Positions 47,133 through 58,218 of a stretch of DNA of 64,000 nucleotides are shown here, piece by piece. Below the pieces are notes generated by a model, which was given only the letters and a program-made list of their open reading frames with translations, was not told where the DNA came from and did no database searches. Where the stretch lies: IMG/VR virus record IMGVR_UViG_3300027374_000001, one strand, 5' to 3'. The DNA is from a virus (lineage: Duplodnaviria > Caudoviricetes). Position numbers and translations under genes: made by a program. Position 1 is the stretch's first letter; every line of letters begins with the position of its first letter.

Positions 47133-49675
47133 TATTTGTCACCACCTTTAATTTCTGGTAAATCTCTTCCTTGCATCTTAATACCATATTTGATACGCTG
47201 CTTTTCTCTCTGCAATTTCTTTTGATAATTAAGCAGGAATCTATATTGATTCATATCTCCTTCGCTTTCGGCAAGCTGTAGTTGTTTCTCTACTACTTGA
47301 AGCTCTGTATCTATTTCATCATAAATAAGCATTCTTTCTTTATGATTTAAAGACTTAGATACAGCAAATCCGCCTAATGCAGTTATAGCGGCTCCTACAG
47401 GTCCAGTAAATGCACCAACGGCCCCAACTGCTAATGCTGATTTGATTATTTTTGAAAATGAAGGTATAATTGAACCTTTAATAATTGCTTCTCTTCTGTC
47501 TGAGGTTAAAGCTCTCTGAAATCCTTTACTCAAACCCGATGCGGCAATATCAATATTTCTCCATACCGCTTGCTCTTTAGATTTAAGCTGTTTAGCTTTA
47601 TTCTTAAAATTCACAAATGCAAGCTTAAGAGTATTAAGGTCAAATGCTTCGTTCACAACACGTATTGCTTCTTTCATAGCATCTCTTTGCAAAAAGACTT
47701 TAGCATATGTATTTGCTTCTAATATATCTCTGTCTTTAGAGTCCAATAAGATTGTGCATATCGTATTTGTTATAGAGTCTTTGCTCTGCTTTAATTGTAA
47801 ATCTATAGTAGAATAAAATTGGTCTCTTAGTTCCTTTGGGCAATTAGAAAACAGCCCACTGCATTCTGTCAAAGATTCCCCTACAAGATACGATGGAATA
47901 TTAGGTATAAATACTGAAGAGGTTTCTTCTATATCTATTACTGCTTCCAATAATCTTCCGGTAAATGATACTGCTTCTTCAAAGCTAAAATCTCCAAAGT
48001 CGAAATCATCATTATCATCGCCAAAATCAAATTCATCATCATCTTTTGAAAGGCTACCAATAGATGCATCTGATGCTTCGTCGTCTTCATCATCTATGTC
48101 AAGGATATAATCAGCTAATTTCTTGATACCTTTATCAAGGCAAGCGATATATTCCTCTGTGGCTTTTTTCTCTTTATCACTTTTAAGCTTATCCTTTTTC
48201 TTTACAGCAGCTTCTTTTTCTTTCTTAAGATGTCTCATTAATTGCTTGGCCTTATTGATATTTAACTTCATTCCTATTAATTTCATAATTAGCATGGATA
48301 TACCAGCAATAACTGGACCATATGGTAGTAAAGCTGCTATACAAATATATATCATGCCTCTACCAAGAGCTAATAAATCTGGAGCTTCATCTAATAAAGC
48401 CTCTGGCGATTTTGTCAGCGCTTTATTGATTAATGCCTTAAAAGCAGATGGAGTTTTCTTCTGGCTAGTTTTAAAAGACTCTATATCTTTCTTGAAATTA
48501 TCGTTATCCAATAAAGCCTCAAGAAGATCTATCTGTTCTTCATCTTCGTCATCTTTTAATGCCTTTGCCTCTGTTATGGATGAAACAAATTCTGACATGG
48601 TAACTAAATCATTATTTTTGATTACCGTAGATACAGTAATATCTCCTTCGTAATCTTTAATTCTATCCTTTATTTCCAAATCTATTTGTTTATCCAATTG
48701 ATAGCAAATAAATTCACTATTTATTGAACCTATAAGTGGAAGAGTGCAGAATGCCTTTATTCCATTCATTATATCAGAATCAGGAATAGTTTCTTCTTGG
48801 CATAATTTCTTAAATCTATCCATAAAACCAGATGCCGTCTTTTCTGTAGTTATACGAGGCATAGATTCAATTAAACTTGTCATCTCCGCACTTTCACATT
48901 GTACTGCTATATTATTTATAGCATTTACAAATGTACAACCAAATTCATTATCTCTATTATATATCATAGTATGATATGCTGGAATAGAATCTTTATCAAT
49001 AAATAGGTTGTTTTCTAATACATCAATATACCCATTGGCATCTTTATCAGTAATTATAGGACTTCTAGACAAAAAATAGCCGACAATATAATCCGTAACC
49101 TCATTTACATTTTGTTCATTTCCAGATGCTAAGAAAGAATAATTTATATTTTCTATAGCAATATTCAGTTTAGCCTTACTAGAAATATCATAAGTATCTA
49201 TTAATGCGCATAATTCATTTACAGTATGCTTTAAGTCTCCATATTTATTTTCTCTTATGACTTTGTCAAAATTAAATCTTTTTTGTATCTTTGCTCTGTT
49301 TCTTAAAACACGATCACATGCTTCTAAAACATTGCATCTCTCAATTAATTCATTTTTAGAATCACTATCAAATTTTGAAGATGATATTTTTTCTATAGCA
49401 TTCTCTAAATTTACTATCCCATCCATTAAATTTAAAATGGTATCAGTAAGTCCATCCCTGTCTTCTTCTTTAAGAAGATTAACTAAATCTAAAGTCTGAT
49501 TAAACTTAATATCAGGAGAATCGCTTACTCCGAATTCAACAAATAGTTTTACATTAGTATGAGTTGGGTTTGCTGTTAGAGCGCCATAATTTAATACATA
49601 TCCACCGTTCCCATACACATTTCCAACATCAAATTTCCTGGACAATACCTTTCTAAATGGTATTACTGATTTCAT
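47132..49675 (-). CDS. Large inner-head/ejection protein candidate
   Basis: Many [ILV]xE sites (ITEA, LLEA, ILEA, VNEA), two Gly/Ala hydrophobic hairpins, late promoter 49708..49719. Confidence 0.55.
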   Translation of the reverse strand: MKSVIPFRKVLSRKFDVGNVYGNGGYVLNYGALTANPTHTNVKLFVEFGVSDSPDIKFNQTLDLVNLLKEEDRDGLTDTILNLMDGIVNLENAIEKISSSKFDSDSKNELIERCNVLEACDRVLRNRAKIQKRFNFDKVIRENKYGDLKHTVNELCALIDTYDISSKAKLNIAIENINYSFLASGNEQNVNEVTDYIVGYFLSRSPIITDKDANGYIDVLENNLFIDKDSIPAYHTMIYNRDNEFGCTFVNAINNIAVQCESAEMTSLIESMPRITTEKTASGFMDRFKKLCQEETIPDSDIMNGIKAFCTLPLIGSINSEFICYQLDKQIDLEIKDRIKDYEGDITVSTVIKNNDLVTMSEFVSSITEAKALKDDEDEEQIDLLEALLDNDNFKKDIESFKTSQKKTPSAFKALINKALTKSPEALLDEAPDLLALGRGMIYICIAALLPYGPVIAGISMLIMKLIGMKLNINKAKQLMRHLKKEKEAAVKKKDKLKSDKEKKATEEYIACLDKGIKKLADYILDIDDEDDEASDASIGSLSKDDDEFDFGDDNDDFDFGDFSFEEAVSFTGRLLEAVIDIEETSSVFIPNIPSYLVGESLTECSGLFSNCPKELRDQFYSTIDLQLKQSKDSITNTICTILLDSKDRDILEANTYAKVFLQRDAMKEAIRVVNEAFDLNTLKLAFVNFKNKAKQLKSKEQAVWRNIDIAASGLSKGFQRALTSDRREAIIKGSIIPSFSKIIKSALAVGAVGAFTGPVGAAITALGGFAVSKSLNHKERMLIYDEIDTELQVVEKQLQLAESEGDMNQYRFLLNYQKKLQREKQRIKYGIKMQGRDLPEIKGGDK

Positions 49676-49789
49676 ACTCAGCCCTCCTAATATAAAGATT
49701 TAATGATTAATATATTGTTAAACCTATCAAAATTGGCCAAATTGAACATCAATAGTAATATGATTACCGTATAAAGGAGGATAAATAAA

Positions 49790-50638
49790 ATGATTCAGCC
49801 GAACTCAAATATCGGATACGTTATTATAGAAACGCAGACTATCATAAATCCAGAACCTGCTAAAATAGTAAAAAGAGATAGTAGCGGAAAGCTAATAGGA
49901 GAAGGAAATCTTCAAGAAGCAAATGAGAAAAATCGTAATGGAAGATACTATGATTCTAGGGATTTATTCCCGCAAGTATCTGCTCCTAGAACCTTGGAAC
50001 TTTTAACCACTGGAAATCTTCGTGCAGAAAACGGTCATCCGCTGTCTAAAGAGCTTATCAGACAACAAACAATAGATCCAGCTATGGCTACTGCTATTTT
50101 CCTTAAGCTTTGGACGGATGGAAACTTTATTAAGGCCTGGTATCGTGGTACAAACAATGCATTTGGAGATGAGTTTGATAAAGATCTCAGAGACGGGTTT
50201 ATTCCATCATGGTCGTTAAGAGCATTAGGTACTATACAGAATACCTCTAGAGGAGCAGAAGTTAAAGGTATTAAAGTAATTACATGGGATAGAGTTATTT
50301 ATCCGTCTCACCCGAGAGCATATGGTACTGGAATCGTTTCTGAGTCTGCTGCTGGTTCTATAGTAGATGGAAACGGAAATCAATTAGTCGTACAAGAGAA
50401 CGACGCAGGTATGATAATTCCGATTACTAATACTTCGGTATTAAATTACATAAAAGAAGAGTCAGCAAACTTTAAGACTATTAAAGAATCTTATGATCTT
50501 CTTTATGATAATATCGAACTTATTAACGGAGGAACACAAGTTAAGCTCACAGATAAAGTTGGAGGTATCTTTGTAGCAAATCTTGAAAGTTATATTCATG
50601 ATGAGATAATGAATGATGCCCTTAAACTTATCAAATAG
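49790..50638 (+). CDS. Prohead core protease (T4 gp21-like)
   Basis: KNRNGRYY, ENGHP, WSLRALG and TWDRVIYPSH motifs. Confidence 0.88.
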   Translation: MIQPNSNIGYVIIETQTIINPEPAKIVKRDSSGKLIGEGNLQEANEKNRNGRYYDSRDLFPQVSAPRTLELLTTGNLRAENGHPLSKELIRQQTIDPAMATAIFLKLWTDGNFIKAWYRGTNNAFGDEFDKDLRDGFIPSWSLRALGTIQNTSRGAEVKGIKVITWDRVIYPSHPRAYGTGIVSESAAGSIVDGNGNQLVVQENDAGMIIPITNTSVLNYIKEESANFKTIKESYDLLYDNIELINGGTQVKLTDKVGGIFVANLESYIHDEIMNDALKLIK

Positions 50639-50650
50639 AGGTGATATTAT

Positions 50651-51418
50651 ATGGCAGGATATGCAAATAATATGTCTAAGTTATTAGACAAACTTGAGAT
50701 AAGACTAGGCACTAAACCCTTGAATTTACCAGATGAAGTGAAAAAAAATAAATGGGCTAATGTAATAGAAAATGATACACTTGTTACATTCTCTAGATAT
50801 TTCCCATACTTATTTAATTATGAATTTGGACCAGATGATAGAGTTGATGGGTGGTACTATATAGATGAGGATTATCTTGGGGACGCTAAAGTTTTAGGCA
50901 TTAGAGATTTAAGCTGGGAAGATTTTGCTGTGGATTCTTTGTCTATTCAGCAAAATTCTGGATATGGTATTTATGATTTTTTAGGAATGAACTATGGAAT
51001 GGACGACGTGGCTCTATTGCAAATGAGAGCAGATCACATGTCTCTGTTTAACAATGGAATATACCCAGAATTTGATCCTCCAAATCGTATAAGGCTAGTA
51101 AGTACCACTAGTCGTGATTTGGGATTGAATATGAGAAAATTCCATATAGGGATATTCTTAGAGCATAACAAGAATCTAACTACAATATCTCCAACGCAAA
51201 TGGAAACGTTCGAAGCATTGGCACAAGCAGATGTAGCAACCTTCTTATACCGATTCTTAAAGTATTACGATCAGCTTCAAACTGTATATACCACTATAGA
51301 TCTTAAACTTCAAGACTTAGAGGCAGAAGCCGGAAAACGAGATGAAGTTATACAACAAATAAAAGAAGGATATGTTTCTGCTGCTAATAAGAACCAACCT
51401 ATGATATTTACAGTATAA
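50651..51418 (+). CDS. Putative head-completion/neck protein
   Basis: Co-transcribed with the protease; TLVTFSRYFP pattern; family call uncertain. Confidence 0.45.
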   Translation: MAGYANNMSKLLDKLEIRLGTKPLNLPDEVKKNKWANVIENDTLVTFSRYFPYLFNYEFGPDDRVDGWYYIDEDYLGDAKVLGIRDLSWEDFAVDSLSIQQNSGYGIYDFLGMNYGMDDVALLQMRADHMSLFNNGIYPEFDPPNRIRLVSTTSRDLGLNMRKFHIGIFLEHNKNLTTISPTQMETFEALAQADVATFLYRFLKYYDQLQTVYTTIDLKLQDLEAEAGKRDEVIQQIKEGYVSAANKNQPMIFTV

Positions 51419-51433
51419 GACAAAAAATAAATG

Positions 51434-51470
51434 AGGTGGAGTAGGGATTTCCCTACTCCACATTTGTTTT
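51434..51470. terminator. Bidirectional terminator
   Basis: GTGGAGTAGGGA-t-TTCCCTACTCCAC flanked by A and T runs, between convergent genes. Confidence 0.75.
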
Positions 51471-51488
51471 AAGCGTAATGATATGATT

Positions 51489-51875
51489 TCACAAACTAAA
51501 ATGCATTTGAGATTTTAAATTTTCTGCTAATTCATTTATTTTTGGATCATTGATGAATTCACTGTTTGACACTTTAAACTGTATTAACAGTTCGTTATTC
51601 TCAAACTTCATAATATTATTTCTAGAGAAATCTGGAAAACTTGTTGTAATGTCATTTTCATCAATACCATCTACTATAATAATATCATCTCTTTCTTTTG
51701 ACATCGCTGCTCGAATGGCATCTATATAATCTTCACTATCCGTCTCTTTGTACAAACTACTTGGTACTATTGTTATATTTATAATTTCAGCGGAGTTTGC
51801 TTTAAATATATCAATGATCATATCTCTCAATTTAGTAGATGCATAACAAGATTTGTTTATAAGTATTTTCTTCAT
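51489..51875 (-). CDS. Hypothetical protein
   Basis: ORF with AGGAGG RBS. Confidence 0.55.
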   Translation of the reverse strand: MKKILINKSCYASTKLRDMIIDIFKANSAEIINITIVPSSLYKETDSEDYIDAIRAAMSKERDDIIIVDGIDENDITTSFPDFSRNNIMKFENNELLIQFKVSNSEFINDPKINELAENLKSQMHFSL

Positions 51876-51890
51876 AATCTTGTACCCTCC

Positions 51891-52235
51891 TTATGCTCCA
51901 AACATAGAATGACGCTCTGTAAACATTGCAATTGGAGTTTGGGTTCTTTTAGTTATTTCATCAAGAATGCCGGTATCCTTAGTATTAATAACTACTCCAT
52001 CACATTCCATTTTCATAGATTCCATCACAACTGCATTTATATAGTTTTGCGGATAATCGGATTTCAAAATACCAGAATTTCTTTCACCCTTAAGTGAATG
52101 AACGTATTGAAACTTATCATTTTCTAATACCTTGAAAGTCATTCCGTATGTGGCTTCTAATTGTTTAGCTATTACTTCTGATTTTCTATCAGTTATATTA
52201 TTTACAATAGCTATTTTGTCTTGTGTTAAATTCAT
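51891..52235 (-). CDS. Hypothetical protein
   Basis: ORF in a tightly packed operon. Confidence 0.5.
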   Translation of the reverse strand: MNLTQDKIAIVNNITDRKSEVIAKQLEATYGMTFKVLENDKFQYVHSLKGERNSGILKSDYPQNYINAVVMESMKMECDGVVINTKDTGILDEITKRTQTPIAMFTERHSMFGA

Positions 52236-52237
52236 TT

Positions 52238-52576
52238 TTAATCCCTCTCTTTCATTGTAGTAATAATGGTAGAAATATAATTATATAATCCTAATGTGGA
52301 ATCGGTGATGAAATCTGGTTTTTGTACAAATTGTACAAAATCTGTATGTATTGGATGGCCATTGGCTTTAATTGTAGCACATCCATAATCCTCATCACCA
52401 TATACAAATACAGCAAATGCGCTATCATTTCCAACAGATATTATATCCACATTGATTCCTTCCTGTGTTATATGCGATTTCACCTGTAAATTTCCAATTG
52501 GTGATACTGTTTCATGATTATGATTATATCTAATAAAGTATTCTTGTAGTTTAGCAACTATATAACCGTTGTCCAT
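52238..52576 (-). CDS. Hypothetical protein
   Basis: ORF with GGAGGT RBS. Confidence 0.55.
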   Translation of the reverse strand: MDNGYIVAKLQEYFIRYNHNHETVSPIGNLQVKSHITQEGINVDIISVGNDSAFAVFVYGDEDYGCATIKANGHPIHTDFVQFVQKPDFITDSTLGLYNYISTIITTMKERD

Positions 52577-52591
52577 AGAATTACCTCCCTT

Positions 52592-53308
52592 CTACATATC
52601 GTCTAATCTATCAAAAAATGACTTATTAGAATCTTTCTTTGGTAGTTCTCTAATTTTAATATTGTTTTCAGGTTGCGGTTGGTTTAAACCATAATTAGGA
52701 TTTTCAAAAGTATATAGATTTGTTCCAAATTCTGGGCGACCAACGTAATTAATTAAATTTTGCGCAGCCGCATACATATCTATTTGGTTCATCAGATAAA
52801 CAAATCCAGCAAATGCATTAATATGAATATCACTATATGTCTCAGTATTTACTAATGTCATTCTTATACCTTGTGACTGAACTTTCTGCTCGTCTTCAAT
52901 TATAATGGGTTCGAGCATCATTTCTTTTTTACATGTCAACCCATCTATTATGCATTTCTTTCTGTCTGTAATTATAAGATTATCTTTTTTAATAGCAAAC
53001 GTTCCATCACTAAACCATCTGAACGCTTCATTTATCTTCATCCTTAATAATAGAATATCCTTTATTGATATTATAACACTTTCCTTATTATGAAGATGGT
53101 CAATAGAAATATAATAATTAAAAGATCTTCTTATTGTATATAAAGTGCCAAAGTTGCTTTCATAGCCATATTCTTTATGAAAATGCTTTCTTTCATTATT
53201 ATATTTATTTGATAAACCGACAACCATTCTAACTACAATACTTTTTCCAAGCCAACAGAGGTCGTCGGATATCTTATCATAATCAAGGTATGTCATTCCC
53301 TGTTCCAT
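52592..53308 (-). CDS. Hypothetical early protein with N-terminal GMxY
   Basis: AAGGAGGT RBS; early-type motif at 53349; begins MEQGMTYLD. Confidence 0.6.
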   Translation of the reverse strand: MEQGMTYLDYDKISDDLCWLGKSIVVRMVVGLSNKYNNERKHFHKEYGYESNFGTLYTIRRSFNYYISIDHLHNKESVIISIKDILLLRMKINEAFRWFSDGTFAIKKDNLIITDRKKCIIDGLTCKKEMMLEPIIIEDEQKVQSQGIRMTLVNTETYSDIHINAFAGFVYLMNQIDMYAAAQNLINYVGRPEFGTNLYTFENPNYGLNQPQPENNIKIRELPKKDSNKSFFDRLDDM

Positions 53309-53359
53309 AACCAGACGACCTCCTTATTATATTTTTGTATTCATGAATATAATATATAA

Positions 53360-54979
53360 CTATTCATCATAAACCATCCCCCGAGTTAGTCCATAGTCAT
53401 AAATCATCCCGGGAGTTAAACCACAATTATATACCATTCCAGGTACATTCCAATTATAATAATTACGTTCTATGAATTCACGTATAGACCCAGCGTATAA
53501 ATCTAATAATTTACAGTCAATAAAATCATCAGTCATTATCATTTCTCTACAATCAGTAGCATATTTTAAGAATATAGGTTTCTTGAATCCATAATATTTT
53601 CTACATTGCGGAAATGATGTATCGACTAGTTCTATATATTCTGTATCGGAATCTCTGGTTCTCCCAAGAGTTTGTCTAGCTAATACTCCGGACTTGAATG
53701 GCTCAGCTAAAAGTATGGTTAATACTAACCCTTTAATATCTATTCCAGTACCCGCTGATTTGGTTGTGGACAGCATGATTCTTTTCTCTGTGTTTCTTTT
53801 TCGTTCCTCACTTGATACCAACGTGCTTAGAATACCAATATCGTTTTCTAACCATGAATAATTATGCACCATCCATTCATATACTTTTTGTATAGCTGCA
53901 TTGGTGCCTATATACATTAAACACTTGCCACCATTATTTGTTCTTTTGATAGCTATATCCATCATTATTCTTAATATGCTATAAAACTTAGGCTTAGAAA
54001 CCAGATAATCTACATACTTATTTCTATCTAAACCATATTGATTTTTACAGCTAGACATCTCTATAGCAGATGGATTAGATGAAAATTTAATAGCAGTGTA
54101 TCTAGTATGTGGATCAGTCTCTTCATCAAATAAATCTATTTGTGGAACATTCTTAAAGCTTAATTGATAAATCTTATCTTCATCTGTAGACGAACGTAAA
54201 GCTGTAGCAGTAAGATAGTAATTTTTATACACATTGGTAAAGAAATCTATCATTAACAGATTTTCAAAATTTTGATGTGCTTCATCGAATATCTTGATGC
54301 CTACCTTTAAATGCTTAACAAATTCTCCAACGGCTTCCCATCCGTTTGTCTTGGCATAACTTTCCAACGTTCCGTGCGTGATTAGATATATAACACCATC
54401 ATCTGAATCTTTGCTCAACAGCCTTTTAATATTAATAGAACCAGATACAATCTTGACCTGTTTATTTGTCAAATTGGTTATATTTAAGATTTCCTCTTTC
54501 CACTGTTCAATTAAATTTGTGGAGTACATAATTATCAAAGCCTTCATACGCAATATTGCTATTGTAGATATAGCAACATACGTTTTACCCTTCCCTGTGT
54601 TAAGATTTAATGATAACTGGCTTTTTGTTGCTGTAGACCTGTATTCTCCCCTTCCAACCATAAATCTCAGAGCTTGTTCCTGTACTTCGTCTCTTGGCAT
54701 TTTCTTTACTCTAAAATCGTTATATCTATCATATTTATATGCTTCATTCTTATGAATAATTGCTGTAGTATTTAATATAGACTCAAGATACCATATATCT
54801 ATCCCTCTTGGAAGGTAAAGCTTTTTGTTTTCCTTATCATAATAAATACCAAAATACCCATATGTCGTATAACTTACAGTAACTGGTATTCTTATTTTAA
54901 AATTATTTTGAAGTGTTAGACAACTGTCCCACTCGTAATCACTAATTACAATAGAAGTATTAAAAACGTCTACTTTCAT
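53360..54979 (-). CDS. SF2 DNA helicase (UvsW-like)
   Basis: NTGKGKT, FDEAH, TAT, GTGIDI and QTLGRTR motifs. Confidence 0.92.
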   Translation of the reverse strand: MKVDVFNTSIVISDYEWDSCLTLQNNFKIRIPVTVSYTTYGYFGIYYDKENKKLYLPRGIDIWYLESILNTTAIIHKNEAYKYDRYNDFRVKKMPRDEVQEQALRFMVGRGEYRSTATKSQLSLNLNTGKGKTYVAISTIAILRMKALIIMYSTNLIEQWKEEILNITNLTNKQVKIVSGSINIKRLLSKDSDDGVIYLITHGTLESYAKTNGWEAVGEFVKHLKVGIKIFDEAHQNFENLLMIDFFTNVYKNYYLTATALRSSTDEDKIYQLSFKNVPQIDLFDEETDPHTRYTAIKFSSNPSAIEMSSCKNQYGLDRNKYVDYLVSKPKFYSILRIMMDIAIKRTNNGGKCLMYIGTNAAIQKVYEWMVHNYSWLENDIGILSTLVSSEERKRNTEKRIMLSTTKSAGTGIDIKGLVLTILLAEPFKSGVLARQTLGRTRDSDTEYIELVDTSFPQCRKYYGFKKPIFLKYATDCREMIMTDDFIDCKLLDLYAGSIREFIERNYYNWNVPGMVYNCGLTPGMIYDYGLTRGMVYDE

Positions 54980-55038
54980 ATAATCACCCTTTAATCGAAA
55001 AATAATAGAGGTGGCACGTATGCACCACCTCAACACAT

Positions 55039-55596
55039 CTAACCCTGAATTCCATTTGCCTGTAACTCATCTTTAATTATACCAGCAATATTTGGGAAGT
55101 TTTTATATGCAAATTCCAATTCCATATTTCCAGAAATAATTTGATGAGCTATATATTTAGCAGTATTCTTTAAGGATTCCAATTGTTCATCAGAAAACTC
55201 AATATTGGCTTGTTCCCCTGCTTCTCCGACGCTTAAACTCTCCGTCTCCCCATCCAACGATATTAACTTTGCTGGCTCTAACGCAACTCCAATTCCAATA
55301 ATATTAGAAACTCCTACAAGAATCTCGTTCATAGTGTTCTCTATCAAATCCAATCTCTCTTTATCAGATAACGGAATGCCGACATATTCATAATAAATTT
55401 TTCTAGTATCTGGATTATACATAGCTATAGCCCTTCTACCAGTAATATTATTTGGCTCTGGAACTTCATCTACGAAAAAACCGGTCTTCTCCATCTCTTC
55501 TCTTGTTTCTCCAGTTCCTTGAACTGGATCAAATGGATTATAATGAATAGCAGTAACTCTTCTATTTCCATCAGTTTTAATATAAATATCTCCCAT
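55039..55596 (-). CDS. Putative tail-fibre assembly/chaperone-like protein
   Basis: IHYNPFDP...GETREEMEKTGFFVDEVPEP...YNPDTRKIYYEY pattern seen beside Firmicutes fibre genes; late promoter 55620..55631. Confidence 0.45.
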   Translation of the reverse strand: MGDIYIKTDGNRRVTAIHYNPFDPVQGTGETREEMEKTGFFVDEVPEPNNITGRRAIAMYNPDTRKIYYEYVGIPLSDKERLDLIENTMNEILVGVSNIIGIGVALEPAKLISLDGETESLSVGEAGEQANIEFSDEQLESLKNTAKYIAHQIISGNMELEFAYKNFPNIAGIIKDELQANGIQG

Positions 55597-55678
55597 AATT
55601 TTTCTCCTTTGATTTTGATTATCAAGATGTTTCTCGTACATTATAATAATAAATATAGAGAAAGGAGGTCATTGCGGT

Positions 55679-55915
55679 ATGAATAAAATACATTTTAACT
55701 ACAAAAAGGTAATACCAGATATAGCATTAAGTATTGCAATGGTATTATCTATCCCTTTAGCTTATTTATTTATGAAGATACTATTTCATCTCGTTATTGA
55801 TGATAATATAGTATCTTTCTTTTTTGTTTGTTTCATCTTAATAAAAATAATCTACAATATTTTTACAAGAATAGGAATCAATATATACGAGAAAAAGTTT
55901 GGAGTACAGCGATAA
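55679..55915 (+). CDS. 2-TM membrane protein
   Basis: AAGGAGGT RBS; two hydrophobic helices. Confidence 0.55.
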   Translation: MNKIHFNYKKVIPDIALSIAMVLSIPLAYLFMKILFHLVIDDNIVSFFFVCFILIKIIYNIFTRIGINIYEKKFGVQR

Positions 55916-55932
55916 CCCGTACTCCATTATTT

Positions 55933-58095
55933 TTATAGCTTGAGGATATTGCTATAATTCACATTATCCTTTCCCATCCTCATTATTCCTACTGATTCTA
56001 CCGGGAAATTCTTAAGGTTGTAATTTGCTATATCTACATAGTCTATAAGCCTTGTTATCCAAACCGGAGTTGCTACATTTCTGGGAACAGCTATAGTATC
56101 TATTTTACCTTTGAGTACTTTAGATAAATCTGAATTCCCTTCAATAATTGTTTTTAATCTTTCGTATTCTTCCGGAAAATCATCTCTAATAGTTTCTACA
56201 GTGGTTGGATTAATGATTACCTTTACCACATCCAAATTGTTTTTAGCTGTTAGATCAATAGCCTCAAGTTCTGGGTCTTTAACTTCATTCCATATCAACG
56301 ATGCCTTGATTCCTTGTATTTTGAGTGGGTCGTCATATTTATTCATTGCTTTAAAACTTACCGGTTTATAAAATGTCTTTTCTCCATTTCTCAAAGATTC
56401 AAAAATCTTTGATTCAAATATAGCTAGGTCTTTAATTACTTTTACTTGATCTATTGTTTCTGGTTTAAGAATATCTTCATATAGTATTCTTTGCAGTTCT
56501 GATCTTGTCTCTGGTGCATATACATTTTTTTTCATTGTTAATCCGGTTATAGCACAGGATTCAGACTCTGGAACCATATTGCCTTCTTGTACCTCTACTT
56601 TAGCTGCATATGCTTTCTTAACTAAGGTCATCAATACTCTCCTAAAAGTAAACTCATTCTTGATAAACATAAGAGTTTTCCTTGTAGGATCATAGGAATT
56701 GCCCATCTTTGTATGTCCTTCAATATATTCATTACATAAAATTCCACAACAATGCCCTATAATATTAATTATAGAATATCTAAGATTATCCTGCGGTATA
56801 ACAACCATTGGATTTATCATTCTTTCTACTTCTATTACAGACTGGTCTTGAAAATTATAATCGTAATCTGGGTCTTCATATACCATTCCTCTTATTAGTT
56901 CTGGATTCCCCTGCCAATCATTTTCTACATATTCCATACCTTTTACAAAGACTTTCTTAATTTCCATTGGTATGTCTTTTACCTTGTCTAGAGTGTACTT
57001 ATAGAACCTATCGAAACAAACTATTGTAGAATCTGTATCTGATATGAGAGATACGTTCTTTATCATATGCGTATTTCTATCTATCCTATCAAGAATTTGA
57101 TAATTATAGAACACGTATTCTCTTAAAAGATCGCAGAATGTATCCATTTCTACTGATATCTCTTCTGGTACTTTATTCGGGTCAAGATACGGAACTTTCA
57201 TTGTCTTGAGAAGATAAATTAACGCTTTACTCATTACTTTATTATCCAAGAATGCATACAGGTTATTCTTATAATAAATCCTATTAAGATCTTCTTGAGA
57301 ACAATTTGAAAGTTGCTCAAATACTATGTCTAAATCTCTCTGTGATGGAATCCATTTAATTTTCCCTCTTCTGAAATCTCCACATGTAAGTATTATCTTA
57401 TTTAATACTTCATATATTCCTATATCTCTATCAAGAATATCTTTGTCGTCATAGTGCCTATTACCCCTTTCTGTTCTGACATTATCTATAAATGTAATTA
57501 TCTCTTCAAGAGAAGCAAACTTTACGTTATTCGACAGAAAGGCTTCAAAAAACATAATTGCTGAAGATATATAAGATCTTCCTTGGAAAGTTATACTAGC
57601 AGCAACGTGAAGATTATATAATACACAAGCAACACTTCCTAGCGCACCATAAATAGCATTAGTATCAACCTTGGCCAGCACTTGCAACAGATCATAATTT
57701 TCAAAATCTTCCGAACCCTTAATAAAGGTATTTCTAATTTGTTTAAACTTATCTCTATTAGTCATAAACATGTATATCAGTTTGGTTAATGGATTAAGCA
57801 CCCCGGAATCATGACGTTTAAACATAACTCCCCAAGCTGTTATGATAGGTTGCTTTTGATAAATGTAATCTGTCAATTCAGATAAAAGCATATCTACGGT
57901 TTTCTCTGAATAGTTATTATAGATGGTAGCAGGCTCTGCTTTGTACCTTTTCTCTATACTGTAGTCTAATGCTTTGTCAATATCATAATTAGTTAAATCT
58001 GGAAAATTCAATTTTATCATTCTCTTAAGTGCTATTTTATATCTAGATTGGATCCATTGATTTTTCTCTAATTCTTCTTTTACTGCAGTTACCAT
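55933..58095 (-). CDS. Family B DNA polymerase, C-terminal subunit (split phiKZ-type)
   Basis: Motif B KVDTNAIYG and motif C SDTDST present, plus KKAYA. Exonuclease and motif A are absent, as in split phiKZ-like polymerases. Confidence 0.85.
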   Translation of the reverse strand: MVTAVKEELEKNQWIQSRYKIALKRMIKLNFPDLTNYDIDKALDYSIEKRYKAEPATIYNNYSEKTVDMLLSELTDYIYQKQPIITAWGVMFKRHDSGVLNPLTKLIYMFMTNRDKFKQIRNTFIKGSEDFENYDLLQVLAKVDTNAIYGALGSVACVLYNLHVAASITFQGRSYISSAIMFFEAFLSNNVKFASLEEIITFIDNVRTERGNRHYDDKDILDRDIGIYEVLNKIILTCGDFRRGKIKWIPSQRDLDIVFEQLSNCSQEDLNRIYYKNNLYAFLDNKVMSKALIYLLKTMKVPYLDPNKVPEEISVEMDTFCDLLREYVFYNYQILDRIDRNTHMIKNVSLISDTDSTIVCFDRFYKYTLDKVKDIPMEIKKVFVKGMEYVENDWQGNPELIRGMVYEDPDYDYNFQDQSVIEVERMINPMVVIPQDNLRYSIINIIGHCCGILCNEYIEGHTKMGNSYDPTRKTLMFIKNEFTFRRVLMTLVKKAYAAKVEVQEGNMVPESESCAITGLTMKKNVYAPETRSELQRILYEDILKPETIDQVKVIKDLAIFESKIFESLRNGEKTFYKPVSFKAMNKYDDPLKIQGIKASLIWNEVKDPELEAIDLTAKNNLDVVKVIINPTTVETIRDDFPEEYERLKTIIEGNSDLSKVLKGKIDTIAVPRNVATPVWITRLIDYVDIANYNLKNFPVESVGIMRMGKDNVNYSNILKL

Positions 58096-58098
58096 AAT

Positions 58099-58218
58099 TT
58101 AATCCTCCATGTGTTTTACAGTTCTAATAAGAATAAATGCTGCTCCTAATTGTCCGAACAATCCTACAATGATATGAAATATAACAGTCGTTATAAAATT
58201 AGTAATTCGATCACTCAT
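58099..58218 (-). CDS. 39-aa TM peptide
   Basis: GGAGGAG RBS; MSDRITNFITTVIFHIIVGLFGQLGAAFILIRTVKHMED. Confidence 0.5.
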   Translation of the reverse strand: MSDRITNFITTVIFHIIVGLFGQLGAAFILIRTVKHMED

